Positions 42,132 to 52,177 of a stretch of DNA of 64,000 nt are shown here, piece by piece. A program made the translations under genes and the position numbers. Where the stretch lies: NCBI GenBank assembly GCA_965237785.1, contig OZ250159.1, positions 2,232,695-2,296,694 of the forward strand. Reading direction: 5' to 3'. Source of the stretch: Candidatus Rariloculaceae bacterium (GTDB lineage: Bacteria > Pseudomonadota > Gammaproteobacteria > Steroidobacterales > Rariloculaceae). The stretch's first letter is position 1. Every line of letters begins with the position of its first letter. The notes under the pieces were generated by a model. The model made no database searches. It was given only the letters and a program-made list of their open reading frames with translations, and was not told where the DNA came from.

Positions 42132-42615
42132 CTAAGCATTCTTGAAGGCCCGGTTCCAACGATCCTGTGGGTCGTCAAACTTGACCTTTGTCGGATCGAA
42201 TTTCTCTGAGTCAAATGATCCGCCAATCCAGCGCTTTATTTCATCGTGCTGATCGTGACCTGGATCTGCCAATGCCTCTAACATCGTCTGATAACCCCAA
42301 GGGCCGCCACAATCTTCAGGAGGACAGGCTCGCTCCCCACCGACGCAGACAACAGGTCTTTCAGAATCGCAGGAGATGATGTCAGCCAGGACGACATCGT
42401 GAATCCAATCGTCCCCGAAATCGTACACGTAGGTCATTCTGTCACCGACCTGTTGGAAGTGCTTCGTTACCGGCACTTGCCAACTCGCAATCGTCTCCCC
42501 GCTGCCGACTGGTTCATCATCGATAGGAATTCCTATCTCCCAACGACCGTCGTCGTCGCCATCGTCAACTGGAAGAAACATATGTAGATGGTAATCCTGC
42601 CATCCCATGGCATCC
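42132..42615 (-). pseudogene. pRiA4b ORF-3 family gene, 3' fragment
   Basis: QDAMGWQDYHLH.F, YVYDFGDDW.H, GERACPPEDCGG..GY. Confidence 0.9.
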
Positions 42616-42711
42616 TGCGTATTCTGAGGGAAAGTTGCCACCCGTTCTAAGGCAAAGTTGCCACCTGTTCTAAAGCAAAGTTGCCACCCGTTCTAAGGCA
42701 AAGTTGCCACC

Positions 42712-43763
42712 CTGAGGCGGAGGTCTTTGTCGCGGCGCTGGGTGCGTCCAACTACACCTATGCCGAGGCGACCTGGACGCAGGGCCTGAGCGACTGGATC
42801 GGTTCGCATGTGCGCACCATGGAGTACCTCGGCGTGGCGCCCGAAATCGTGGTGCCGGACAACCTGAAGGCCGGCGTCACCAAGGCGCACCGCTACGAGC
42901 CCAAGCTCAACCGCACCTACCAGGAATGGGGCGAGCACTACGGGGTTGCAATCTTGCCTGCCAGGCCGAGAAAGCCGAAGGACAAGGCGAAGGCCGAGAC
43001 GGGCGTGCAAGTGGTTCAGCGGTGGATCCTGGCGCGGTTGCGTCACCGCCAGTTCTTCTCCCTGGCCGAACTCAACGAAGCCATCGCGGAGTTGCTCGAG
43101 CAGCTCAATACGCGCCCGTTCCAGAAACTGCCCGGGTGCCGGCGGGAGCTGTTCGAGACGCTGGACCGCCCGGCGATGAGGCCGTTGCCGGCGCAGCCGT
43201 ACGAGTACGCGGAATGGAAGAAGGTGCGGGTCAACATCGACTACCACGTGGAGGTCGACCGCCACTACTACTCGGCGCCCTATCAGTTGATCAAGGAACA
43301 GCTCGATGCGCGCATCACCGCGAACACCGTAGAGTTGCTTCACCAGGGCCGGCGGGTGGCCAGCCATGCCCGCAGCTGGCGCCGCGCCGGCCACACCACG
43401 GTGCCCGAGCACATGCCGGAGAGCCACCGGGAACAGGCCAAATGGACGCCGGAACGGTTGATCGGTTGGGCAGGCAAGACAGGCCCATGCACTGCGGCCG
43501 TGGTCGAGCACATCCTGGCCACGCGCAAGTATCCGCAGCAGGGCTTCCGCACCTGCCTCGGGATCATCCGCCTGGGCGATCGTTACGGGCAATCGCGGCT
43601 GGAGGCGGCCTGCAAGCGGGCGATCGCGCTCGGCGCCTACGCCTACAAGAACGTCGAGTCGATCCTGAAGAACAAGCTGGAAAACAAGCCCCTGCCGCCA
43701 TCAACCCCGGAACTGCCGGGCATTGACCATGAGAATCTCCGCGGCCCAGGCTACTTCCACTAA
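42712..43763 (+). pseudogene. istA: IstA transposase, 5'-truncated
   Basis: [41 protein letters not shown]. Confidence 0.9.
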
Positions 43764-43786
43764 CCCCAACCGAAGAGGAACTGAAA

Positions 43787-44550
43787 ATGTTGTATCACCC
43801 CACCGTCGAGAAACTCGCCGAGCTGCGCCTCATGGGCATGCACGCCGGGTTGCTGGAGCAGCAGGACATGACCGATATCGAGCGGCTGGGCTTCGATGAA
43901 CGGCTCGGGTTGCTGCTCGACCGGGAGGCCACCTTCCGCGCCGAGCGTCGGCTCCAGTACCGGATCCGCAACGCCCGGCTGCGCCAGCCCGCCGTCATCG
44001 AAGACCTGGACTATCGGCACCCCCGCGGACTGGACCAAGCCCTGATGAACCGGCTCATCACCGGGCAATGGATCAAGAAGAAGCTCAACTTGCTGATCAC
44101 GGGGCCGACCGGCGTGGGAAAAACCTGGATCGCCTGTGCCCTGGGCAACAAGGCCTGCCGCGACGGCTTCACCGTTCAGTACCGCCGTCTCTCGCGGCTG
44201 TTCGATGAACTCGGCTACGCCCACGGCGACGGCCGCTACCCGAAGATGATGAAGAAACTCGCCCGAACCGACGTCATCATCCTGGATGACTGGGGACTGA
44301 CCAAGCTCACCGCGCCTCAGCGCCGCGAACTGCTGGACATCCTCGAGGACCGTCACCGGCACCGCTCCACCGTGGTGACCAGCCAGCTGCCCGTGGAGCA
44401 CTGGCACAAGATGATCGGCGAACCGACCCACGCCGACGCCATCCTCGACCGGCTCGTGCAAACGCCTATCGCATCAACCTGAAAGGAGAATCCATGCGAA
44501 AACTCAACGCCACCAGGAACCCGAAAACCTCATCCAAGAACGGACTCTAG
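43787..44550 (+). pseudogene. istB: IstB ATPase, frameshift near the C-terminus
   Basis: GPTGVGKT, ILDDWG, TSQLP, DAILDRLV, then a shift to NAYRINLKGESMR. Confidence 0.9.
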
Positions 44551-44629
44551 GCGATCCGCGTCGCTGCGCTCCGAGGGGTGGCAACTTTGGCCTGGAATGG
44601 GTGGCAACTTTGCGCTGGAACAGGTGGCA

Positions 44630-44669
44630 ACTTTACATGTTATGTTGCCGGCAACATAACATGTAAAGT
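44630..44669. repeat. Perfect 40-bp palindrome containing RIT1 core motifs
   Basis: actt tacatg ttatgttgcc|ggcaacataa catgta aagt. Confidence 0.95.
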
Positions 44670-44886
44670 AAGCGGTGGGTGAGCGGGTGAATTTCAAGTT
44701 CAGTGTTGTGTCGAGTAGCGGGCTCGGCAACATCAGTGGCAAATCGACGTTTGGGGAGAGGGAATTTCAACGGCGCAGGCGACCTGCCCCGGTGAGTTCA
44801 CCCTGTTCTGAATTGTATGGGTTCCGACTGACACGTCGTAAGCGGAATACGGTGCGCGCCGGAGGCGGAGTACGGGGGTGCGTCGA

Positions 44887-46002
44887 TCAGATGTTCGTTA
44901 CTTTCTTCACAGCATATCTGCCAGGCGGTGGATCGCCATACGGGACGCCATCTTCTTCTGAAGGCGGCCTGTCTTTTCGGTACATCACGGCGCGGCTGTG
45001 CAGGGGAACCCGGCGGCGTTCCCGGCGAACAGTGATCTTGCTGACGTCAAGTCTCGCAGGTAGAAGGGGCTCGTAGGCGTAGAGAATCGCACTGGATTCT
45101 CCGGCATCAGTCTCCACGGCTTCGGTCTCGACGAACATCGTGCGCGTGTCCGGGCGTTTGGCGCCAAGTCTCCTGCATTGGCTCTCGGTGGTGTTGAGCC
45201 CGTTAATGCCGGCGAAATACACATTGTGGTGCGCGTTCAGGATTTGCAGCGAGTTTAGTTGAGCAACATCGCGCTCGTCCGAGAGTCTAGTGACGGTTGA
45301 TCCCCGATGCGATCGTCCGACCTTGTATGTCGTCGGGTCGTAAAGAACGATCAGCTCCAGTGGCGAGATCGGCCAGAATACTTGCAGGCCCGTGCAATTC
45401 CAGCCCGTCACTCCCCTGTAGGTAATGCCCTCGCAGTACTGATTGTGCATCACGACCGGATCATCGCTCGTAATGAACTCGCGCTCCGTCGTATTGACAA
45501 ACAGGTGCCCCCGCAAGTCCAGGGCAAAGGGCAGGAATTCGTGCGCTAGGCTTAACGGAAGCGCAACTGAATACATGTTCTTCAGCTTGAGACTGGTTGG
45601 GTCAATGCCTTCCAGGGCCGGACTGTTCTCAAGCATCAAGCGACCGAGGTAGTTTGTCCAAGCATCGTTCAACTTGCCAGCATTGGTGGTTCGGAACTTC
45701 TGGAACACGATGTACGCCAGCAGCTCGAACCAATCGTTTGATTGTTGGCCGGGAATGTCTGCGGCGGCCTTGATGCCGCGTATCACGGTTGCGGCTGCGC
45801 CTTCCATGTCGGAGAACGCACGTTCCAATCGCGGCGCAAAGTCGTAGAAATTGTGGCGCGAGCACTGATGCTTAATGCTGGCGCCCGTGATTGTCCGCCC
45901 GCGCGAGAAGTTGAACAGGTTCACGCGCTTGCCATCCTCGGAGAAGTACCGCAGGTAGAATTGCGGCACGAAGTGGTTCTCCCGGCTTGCTGTTTGACTC
46001 AT
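44887..46002 (-). CDS. DUF4238 domain protein
   Basis: NHFVPQFYLRYF, HNFY, FITSDDPV, WPISP. Confidence 0.8.
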   Translation of the reverse strand: MSQTASRENHFVPQFYLRYFSEDGKRVNLFNFSRGRTITGASIKHQCSRHNFYDFAPRLERAFSDMEGAAATVIRGIKAAADIPGQQSNDWFELLAYIVFQKFRTTNAGKLNDAWTNYLGRLMLENSPALEGIDPTSLKLKNMYSVALPLSLAHEFLPFALDLRGHLFVNTTEREFITSDDPVVMHNQYCEGITYRGVTGWNCTGLQVFWPISPLELIVLYDPTTYKVGRSHRGSTVTRLSDERDVAQLNSLQILNAHHNVYFAGINGLNTTESQCRRLGAKRPDTRTMFVETEAVETDAGESSAILYAYEPLLPARLDVSKITVRRERRRVPLHSRAVMYRKDRPPSEEDGVPYGDPPPGRYAVKKVTNI

Positions 46003-46822
46003 CGTTTGACGATCCAAGAAATTGGCAGCGCAAGAAAATAGCAAACATGCATCCGATTCGTGTCCGTATCCTTGCAGAGTCAGGCGAATTTATACCAATT
46101 GGCCGCACCGGCAATAGGCGGCAGACACACGCTTGGCAGCAAGGTCGGGTGCGACGTCCCGAATCCCGTTAAGTGTACAACCGAGCTTGTATTGCTGGCC
46201 CCAATTGGGAGAGCAATGGCGATAGGCGGTTTTGATGCCATATGTCTGACGTCGGTCAAGTGAGACACGTGAGCATGTGTCCGGTAAGGCGCATATTTCG
46301 TTGATTTAAATACATAAAATGGACGGCAATGCCGAGCGTAATTCTTCCGTCGGACGATACGTCAACAAACCGGAACGGAACGCATTCAAGTTCACGCGCG
46401 CGTGGACGCGCTCGAGCGGACGGTTCGTATCGTTCGTCACCCAGTAAATTGTTTCCGTTCGGTGTTGCCGTGTTTTTGGTGCCTGTAGCCAGACGAGAGT
46501 CACACCCAGCGGGCATTCTGATCCTCTACCGATACCGTCATCACGGCTCCGCCGAACGATTGCTGTAAATTGAAGGATACGAGCAGCGCCGAGTCGGCAG
46601 TGTCCACCATTCCCGGGGCACTCCAACTACTATTCTGCGCTATCTGCCAGCACCAATCTGAAAGTGTAGTCATTCTGCCAGTCTGAAATTGTTGTTTTCT
46701 TCGGCGGCGTCTTCTTCGAAAAGCTTCCACTAAACGTTTCTTCGTTTTCTTCGTTTTCTTCGGACCGTTGACGTTCGGTGCCCCGGTCCGGTGCCGATGG
46801 CCGCATCATTGGCGGTCGGAGG

Positions 46823-47022
46823 AAGCCGATCGATGACGAAGCGAAGACGACGCAAGTGTCTGAACTGTGGGCGGTTGTTTCGCCCGGACCCGCGCAATCG
46901 GCGGCACCAGCGTTACTGCTCGGCGCCCGATTGCCGCAAGGCGAGCAAGGCGGTGAGCCACGCGCGCTGGCTGTCCAAACCGCAGAACCGGGACTACTTC
47001 TGCGGCCCGGAGCATGCGGTGC
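46823..47022 (+). pseudogene. Cys-rich ORF fragment of the type found in IS21-like elements
   Basis: RKCLNCGRLFRPDPRN..QRYCS.PDCRKASK; upstream repeated ctgccag..ctgaaa may be an element end. Confidence 0.45.
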
Positions 47023-47595
47023 GGGCAGCAAACCCCAGTCCTCGGCCAGCCGGTACATCTGGGACAGCGTACGCACCACCCGGTTGGCCTGGTTCGGTGT
47101 GTCGCACAGCCGCTGATGAAGTCCCAGCACGTCCTTGCGTTTTACACTTCTCAACGGCTTCTTCCCGAACGCCGGCAGGATGTGAACGTCGATCGCGCTG
47201 CTCAGTCGTCTCGCCGAGGCCGGTTTGAGGCGCACCGCCACGTACTCGTTCCTGAAACGACGGGCCACCTCCGCGACGGTGGGTCCCCCCGCCATCGATT
47301 CGGGCACTGCAGACTCGCCCGCGCGGATTCTCGCAATGATCAGCGCCGCCCGCTTTCTCGCCTCCTCGGCGTTCATCACCCCGTGGCGGCCCACCCGCAC
47401 GCGTTTCGGGCCCTGCGGGCTGCGGGCGTGCGCGAGATACACCTTTCCGCCGGTTGGGTAAACTCGCACGCCGAATCCGGTGAGACTGCGGTCCCAAAAC
47501 ACCGTGTCCTTCTCCACCTTCAAGGTGTTCACCGCGCGGTTCGAAAGCGTCCTCGGCGGCGAGCTTGTCACTTTCCTATCCACTGCCTTTCTCAT
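47023..47595 (-). pseudogene. Phage-type integrase, N-terminal arm-binding part only
   Basis: FWDRSLTGFGVRVYPTGGK, GRHG, EEARKRA; catalytic domain missing. Confidence 0.8.
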
Positions 47596-47598
47596 CGC

Positions 47599-48795
47599 TC
47601 ACGCTACCCTGGATCCATCGGGCTCAAGATGCGCTCCGATGCTCCGGCCCACCCGTCCGGCCGCGGCCTGCTCCGCGTCCCGCACCAGGTGCGCGTATCT
47701 CGCCGTGGTACCAATTTTGCGATGCCCAAGCAATCGGCCGATCGTCTGCAGATTTTCTCCCACGCCCAGCGCCCAGGAGGCGTAGCTGTGACGCAGGTCG
47801 TGCAACCGAACATCGTTCAGACCCGCCCGTTCGCGGATCGTTTTCCAATGCTGGTGGAACCGGGATCTCCCGCCTCCGAAGCGCTCACCCGCGATCACCT
47901 TCTCCGAACCCGCTGTGCGGGGCACCGCTGCGCGGGGCAGCCGCTCCAGCACCGCCGCCACCGCGCGCGTCAGCGGCACCGATCTCGGCCCCGTCTTGGA
48001 ATCCCTCAGCCGCAACACCCCCGCCGTTCGATCCACATCGTCCCAGCGAAGCGAGAGAATCTCCGAACGCCGGCACCCGGTCAGCACCAGGAGCCGAACC
48101 GCGGCGATCGCGCCCGATCCGACCGAGCCGTCCGATTCGGCTTCGTTCAATACCCGTCCCAAGCGCCGGAACTCCTCCCGGCTCAGAAATCGTTCCCTCG
48201 CCGGGACCTTGTACATCTTCACCGAGCGGCACGGGTTCGTGTCTTCCAGATACAGTTCCCAATCCTGCGCCAGCGTCATCATCCTGGAAAACACCCGTAT
48301 CGCCTGGTTGGCCTGATGCGGCGTCGCGTGAAGCCGCCGGTGAAGCGCAATCGCGTCCCCCGTTCCAATCGACTCCACCGCACGGGCACCAAGCGCCGGG
48401 AGAATCTGGTTTTTCAGGGCATTACGATACAACCGCACCGTGCCCGGTTTGCAATGCACTGCCACGTACACCCGCAGAAACCGCTCCGCGAGGCTCTCCA
48501 CCGTGAACGGACCCTTCGGCTCGGTCTCGAGATCCTCCCCCCGCTTGATCCGCCCGATGACCGTCGCTGCCCGCTTTCTGGCCGCGTCCGCCGTGATCTC
48601 CCCGTGACAGCCCAGGCTCACGCGTTTGGATCCGTGCGGGCCGCGCGATTGCACAACATAGACTTTCCGGCCCGAGGGGTGGACGCGAACGCCGAAACCG
48701 GCGAGATCGCGATCCCAGAACAGGGTATCCTTGTCCGGCGCCCGTAGCGCTTCCACGGACCGCTTGGTGAGGCGTATCGAACGGCGTGGGCTCAT
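47599..48795 (-). CDS. Tyrosine integrase with arm-binding (DUF4102-like) domain
   Basis: WDRDLAGFGVRV, RERFL, TGCRRSEI, DSKTG, RLHDLRHSYAS, LLGH..TTARYAH. Confidence 0.92.
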   Translation of the reverse strand: MSPRRSIRLTKRSVEALRAPDKDTLFWDRDLAGFGVRVHPSGRKVYVVQSRGPHGSKRVSLGCHGEITADAARKRAATVIGRIKRGEDLETEPKGPFTVESLAERFLRVYVAVHCKPGTVRLYRNALKNQILPALGARAVESIGTGDAIALHRRLHATPHQANQAIRVFSRMMTLAQDWELYLEDTNPCRSVKMYKVPARERFLSREEFRRLGRVLNEAESDGSVGSGAIAAVRLLVLTGCRRSEILSLRWDDVDRTAGVLRLRDSKTGPRSVPLTRAVAAVLERLPRAAVPRTAGSEKVIAGERFGGGRSRFHQHWKTIRERAGLNDVRLHDLRHSYASWALGVGENLQTIGRLLGHRKIGTTARYAHLVRDAEQAAAGRVGRSIGAHLEPDGSRVA

Positions 48796-49182
48796 TGAAT
48801 CTCCGGAAGGATGAAGGTTGCGGTTCCGGGAAATCCGTAAGCATACCGGAAACACGCGACATCGTATGGAGGGTCATTGGAGCGCAGAATTGTCAGGAAG
48901 GCAAGAGCGCATGGACGTAAGAGATTCGATAAAGTATCTATATTACAATACGTTATGATACTTCTGAGCGCTTATGTCATATTGTGCGCGAATGAAAGCG
49001 GGGGCTCGTCGCTCTTGGCCATCCCTGGCACGCTCCTCGCCCACGACACTCGCAAGTCTGTCCGCACACTCCATCGCACCTCGACGCACCGCGATGATGG
49101 GCGCGCGCATGGATTTGACGAGCCGCCGAGCAGGCGGGCATCATCGCGCTGGCTGGCAATTCCCTTTGTATCAGGAAGTCCA

Positions 49183-49554
49183 ATGGACCGGTCGATTAAC
49201 GTATTCGGCGAGCCTCTGGAAGACTGCAGTGGAGATCCGGTCACCGGATTCTTTCGCGACGGCTGCTGCAATACCGGCAATGACGATCCGGGGTCCCACA
49301 CGGTCTGCATTCGCGTGACTCGGGAGTTCCTGGACTTCTCCCGCTCCAGAGGCAACGATCTGACGACACCACACCCGGAATTCGAGTTTCCCGGGCTCAA
49401 GCCCGGGCATCGGTGGTGCTTGTGCGCGGCACGCTGGCTCGAAGCATACCAGCGCGGGATGGCGCCCCGGGTCATGCTCAAGGCAACCCATGCCCGTGCC
49501 CTGGAGGTGGTCCCGCTGTCGGTGCTGAGGAAATACGCCGCCGATCTGAATTAG
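49183..49554 (+). CDS. DUF2237 family protein
   Basis: NVFGEPL..C..DP.TGFFRDGCC, GNDL.TP, WCLCAARW. Confidence 0.92.
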   Translation: MDRSINVFGEPLEDCSGDPVTGFFRDGCCNTGNDDPGSHTVCIRVTREFLDFSRSRGNDLTTPHPEFEFPGLKPGHRWCLCAARWLEAYQRGMAPRVMLKATHARALEVVPLSVLRKYAADLN

Positions 49555-49599
49555 CGCATAGTTCCACCTGCACCGCTTCCATGGTCACCATCGGCACGT

Positions 49600-51045
49600 T
49601 CATTCGCGCAGAATCTTCGGCGTCACGAAGACAATGAGTTCCACCTCCTTCTCGACCGTGACCCGCGAGCGAAACAGCCGGCCCAGCGCGGGAACGTCGC
49701 CCAGAACCGGCACCTTGTTCGTCGTCTCGCGGGACTCGGTCTCGAGAATCCCTCCCAGAACCACGGTCTCTCCGTCACCGACAAGAACCTGGGTCATGAT
49801 CGACCGTGTGTCGATGCTGGGAACGAAGCCGCCGGTGGCGCTTGAAACCAACTGTCCCACCGAATCCTTGGTTACCTCCAGGTCCATGATGATGCGGTCG
49901 TCGGGCGTGATCTGTGGGGTGACCAGCAGACTGAGCACCGCTTCCTTGAACTGCGTTGTGGTGGCGCCGCTGGAGGACGACTCCTGGTAGGGAATCTCCG
50001 TGCCCTGCTCGATACGCGCCTGCTTCTGGTTCGCCGTGATCACCCGCGGCATGGAGACGATCCGCCCGTTGCCCTCGGCCTGGATCGCGGTCAGTTCCAG
50101 GTCCAGGAGGTAGTCCGGGCGCAGTATCGCCAGTGACAGGCGACCCGCGGGATTGGCGACGGGAACGTTGACGTTGAAGCGCTGATCGACGGGCGGAAGA
50201 CCGTTGCCGAACGCCGCGGGTGCGTTCGGGACGCCATTCAGCGCCGAACCGATCAGCAAATCCGAGCCATCGCCGGTACCGGTCACGGCCACCAGTCCGT
50301 TGCCGGAAAAGTCGCCGACCGCCGTGGCGCCGAGGCGCACGCCGAGGTCACGGCGGTAGTCGCCGTTGACGATCACGATTCGCGACTCGATCAATACCTG
50401 GCGGACGGGCATGTCCAGCCGCTCTACCAATGTCCGGATTTCGTCAATACGGCTGGGGACATCCTGGACCAGCAGGGTGTTCGTTCGTTCGTCGATGGCC
50501 ACGCTGCCGCGTGCCGAGATCAACGGATTCTGACTGTCGCCCGCGATCAGGTTCGCGAGGTCGGCCGCCTTGGCGTAGTTGACTTGAATGTATTGAGTTT
50601 GCAAGGGCCCCAGTTCCTGCCGTGCCAACCGATCATCGGACGCGGCCTGGTCCCGCGCGGCCAGTTCTTCCGCGGGGGCGACGATGATCACGTTGCCGTC
50701 CCGGCGCATATCCAATCCCTTGGTCACAAGAATGATGTCCAGGACCTGATCCCAGGGCACGTCGCTCAGTTGCAGCGTGACGCTGCTCTGCACCGAGTCG
50801 CTGACGACGATGTTCAATCCGCTGGTTTCCGCCAGCAACCGCAGGACGGCGCGCGCTTCGATGTCCTGGAAGTTCAGCGACAGCCGTTCACCGCTGTAGC
50901 GCCGCTCGCCCGCGGCGTCCGTCGCGGCCGCGTCCTGGGTCGACTGGGCAAGCGCCACCGGAACCCAGACGATGGCAACCCACGCGACCGCAAATCTCGC
51001 GCGGCGCAGCTTGCAATATCGATCGATTCCGGCCACCTGGTGCAA
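49600..51045 (-). CDS. pilQ: Type IV pilus secretin, short form
   Basis: YSGERLSLNFQDI, VPWDQ, DERTNTL, QVLIESRIV, KVPVLGDVP.LG.LF. Confidence 0.92.
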   Translation of the reverse strand: MHQVAGIDRYCKLRRARFAVAWVAIVWVPVALAQSTQDAAATDAAGERRYSGERLSLNFQDIEARAVLRLLAETSGLNIVVSDSVQSSVTLQLSDVPWDQVLDIILVTKGLDMRRDGNVIIVAPAEELAARDQAASDDRLARQELGPLQTQYIQVNYAKAADLANLIAGDSQNPLISARGSVAIDERTNTLLVQDVPSRIDEIRTLVERLDMPVRQVLIESRIVIVNGDYRRDLGVRLGATAVGDFSGNGLVAVTGTGDGSDLLIGSALNGVPNAPAAFGNGLPPVDQRFNVNVPVANPAGRLSLAILRPDYLLDLELTAIQAEGNGRIVSMPRVITANQKQARIEQGTEIPYQESSSSGATTTQFKEAVLSLLVTPQITPDDRIIMDLEVTKDSVGQLVSSATGGFVPSIDTRSIMTQVLVGDGETVVLGGILETESRETTNKVPVLGDVPALGRLFRSRVTVEKEVELIVFVTPKILRE

Positions 51046-51053
51046 GATCGGGA

Positions 51054-51575
51054 CTAGTCCGTCAGGGCGACCGCGGCCGGCCGTTCCAGGAAGCCGCCGT
51101 TGCCGTCGGCGACGAGTTCAACCAGTCGTACCTCCCGTTCGGAGATTCCGACGACCTGCCCGTGGTTGCGGCCGAGGTAATCGCCCGTGGCCAGACGATG
51201 CACCAATCCTTCGGGCGTGCGCATGAGTCCGAAAAGGCCGGCGCCGGAGCGCACGGACCCGACCATGCGCAGGGCATCCAGTGAATAGTGCTCCAGGAAG
51301 TCGCGCTTGCGATCGGGGTCGGGCCCCGGTCCGGCAATGGCCTGGCGCGCGACCCCCGTTCCGGGCACCGCAGGTTCGAACGGCGAGCGCCGGCCGGCGG
51401 CTTCATAGACAAACTCCTCAAACTCCGGGACCCGCGGCAACGCCTCAAGCGGTGCCCCCGGCCGCGCCTTGACTTCGTCCACGTAAGCACGCAAGTCGTC
51501 CGGCGGACCGCCGCAGGACGCTGCCCCCGCGGCCAGGCAGGTCACCACGGGCCGCCACCATGCACACCGTTTCAA
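51054..51575 (-). CDS. pilP: Pilus assembly lipoprotein
   Basis: Lipobox Cys, RSPF, LE.Y.LD.L.MVG, G.YLG.N.G. Confidence 0.9.
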   Translation of the reverse strand: MKRCAWWRPVVTCLAAGAASCGGPPDDLRAYVDEVKARPGAPLEALPRVPEFEEFVYEAAGRRSPFEPAVPGTGVARQAIAGPGPDPDRKRDFLEHYSLDALRMVGSVRSGAGLFGLMRTPEGLVHRLATGDYLGRNHGQVVGISEREVRLVELVADGNGGFLERPAAVALTD

Positions 51576-52177
51576 GGCGCCTGCCCTCCTCCGTCCAGGT
51601 GGCGATAGGTCCTGGCGGTGATATCCAACAGCAGTTCCCGCGGTTCGCCGGGGTTCACCGGCCGAACGTGGATGTCGTGCAGGGTCGCGATCCGGGGCAA
51701 CGCGGCGATTTCACTGACAAAGGCGCCAAACTGGTGGTAGTCGCCCCTGAGGCGGATCTTGATGGGCAATTCCGCGTAGAATTCCGTGCGAACGTCCTCC
51801 AGAGGCTGGAAGAGTTGCTCCTCCAGCCCGGCATTTCGGCCCGCCCGAGAGATGTCCGCCAGGAGCCCGGGAATTTCCGCGGTGGCGGGCAACTGATGCA
51901 ACATGGCCCCGAACGAGCGCTCGATTTCCGCGCGCTGCACACGGTAGCCGTCCAGGTTCGCTGCGCGCCGCTGCTTGCGCTCGAATCCCTGCCGCAGTTC
52001 CCCCTCTTCAAGAGCGGCCTGTGCCAGTAGCGCAAATTCCGCGTTGACGACGAATACGCGCCCCCCCAGAACGATTACCGCGAGCAGCATGGAGGCCACA
52101 GCCGTCATGCGAAAACCCTGGGGCCAACGTCCGGGATCGTTCAAGTCCAGCGAGCGGAGTTCTTCCAGAAAGTTCAC
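51572..52177 (-). CDS. pilO: Pilus assembly protein
   Basis: QLP..EIPGLL.DI, FYAELPI, G.YHQFG.FVS.IA.LPRI. Confidence 0.92.
   Translation of the reverse strand: MNFLEELRSLDLNDPGRWPQGFRMTAVASMLLAVIVLGGRVFVVNAEFALLAQAALEEGELRQGFERKQRRAANLDGYRVQRAEIERSFGAMLHQLPATAEIPGLLADISRAGRNAGLEEQLFQPLEDVRTEFYAELPIKIRLRGDYHQFGAFVSEIAALPRIATLHDIHVRPVNPGEPRELLLDITARTYRHLDGGGQAP

Larger units (their letters stand above)
42616..44639 (+). mobile_element. IS21-family element (istA 5' deleted; right tip located at 1873-1881)
   Basis: Left end tgcgtattc plus 4x aaagttgccacc; right end 3x ggtggcaacttt. Confidence 0.9.

Noticed and set aside
42631-42711. Four 23-bp-period repeats as iterons or CRISPR
   Set aside because: They are IS21 terminal repeats, mirrored at 44577-44634.
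46045-46620. Long intergenic stretch as an ncRNA
   Set aside because: I could not recognise any RNA family or supportable structure.
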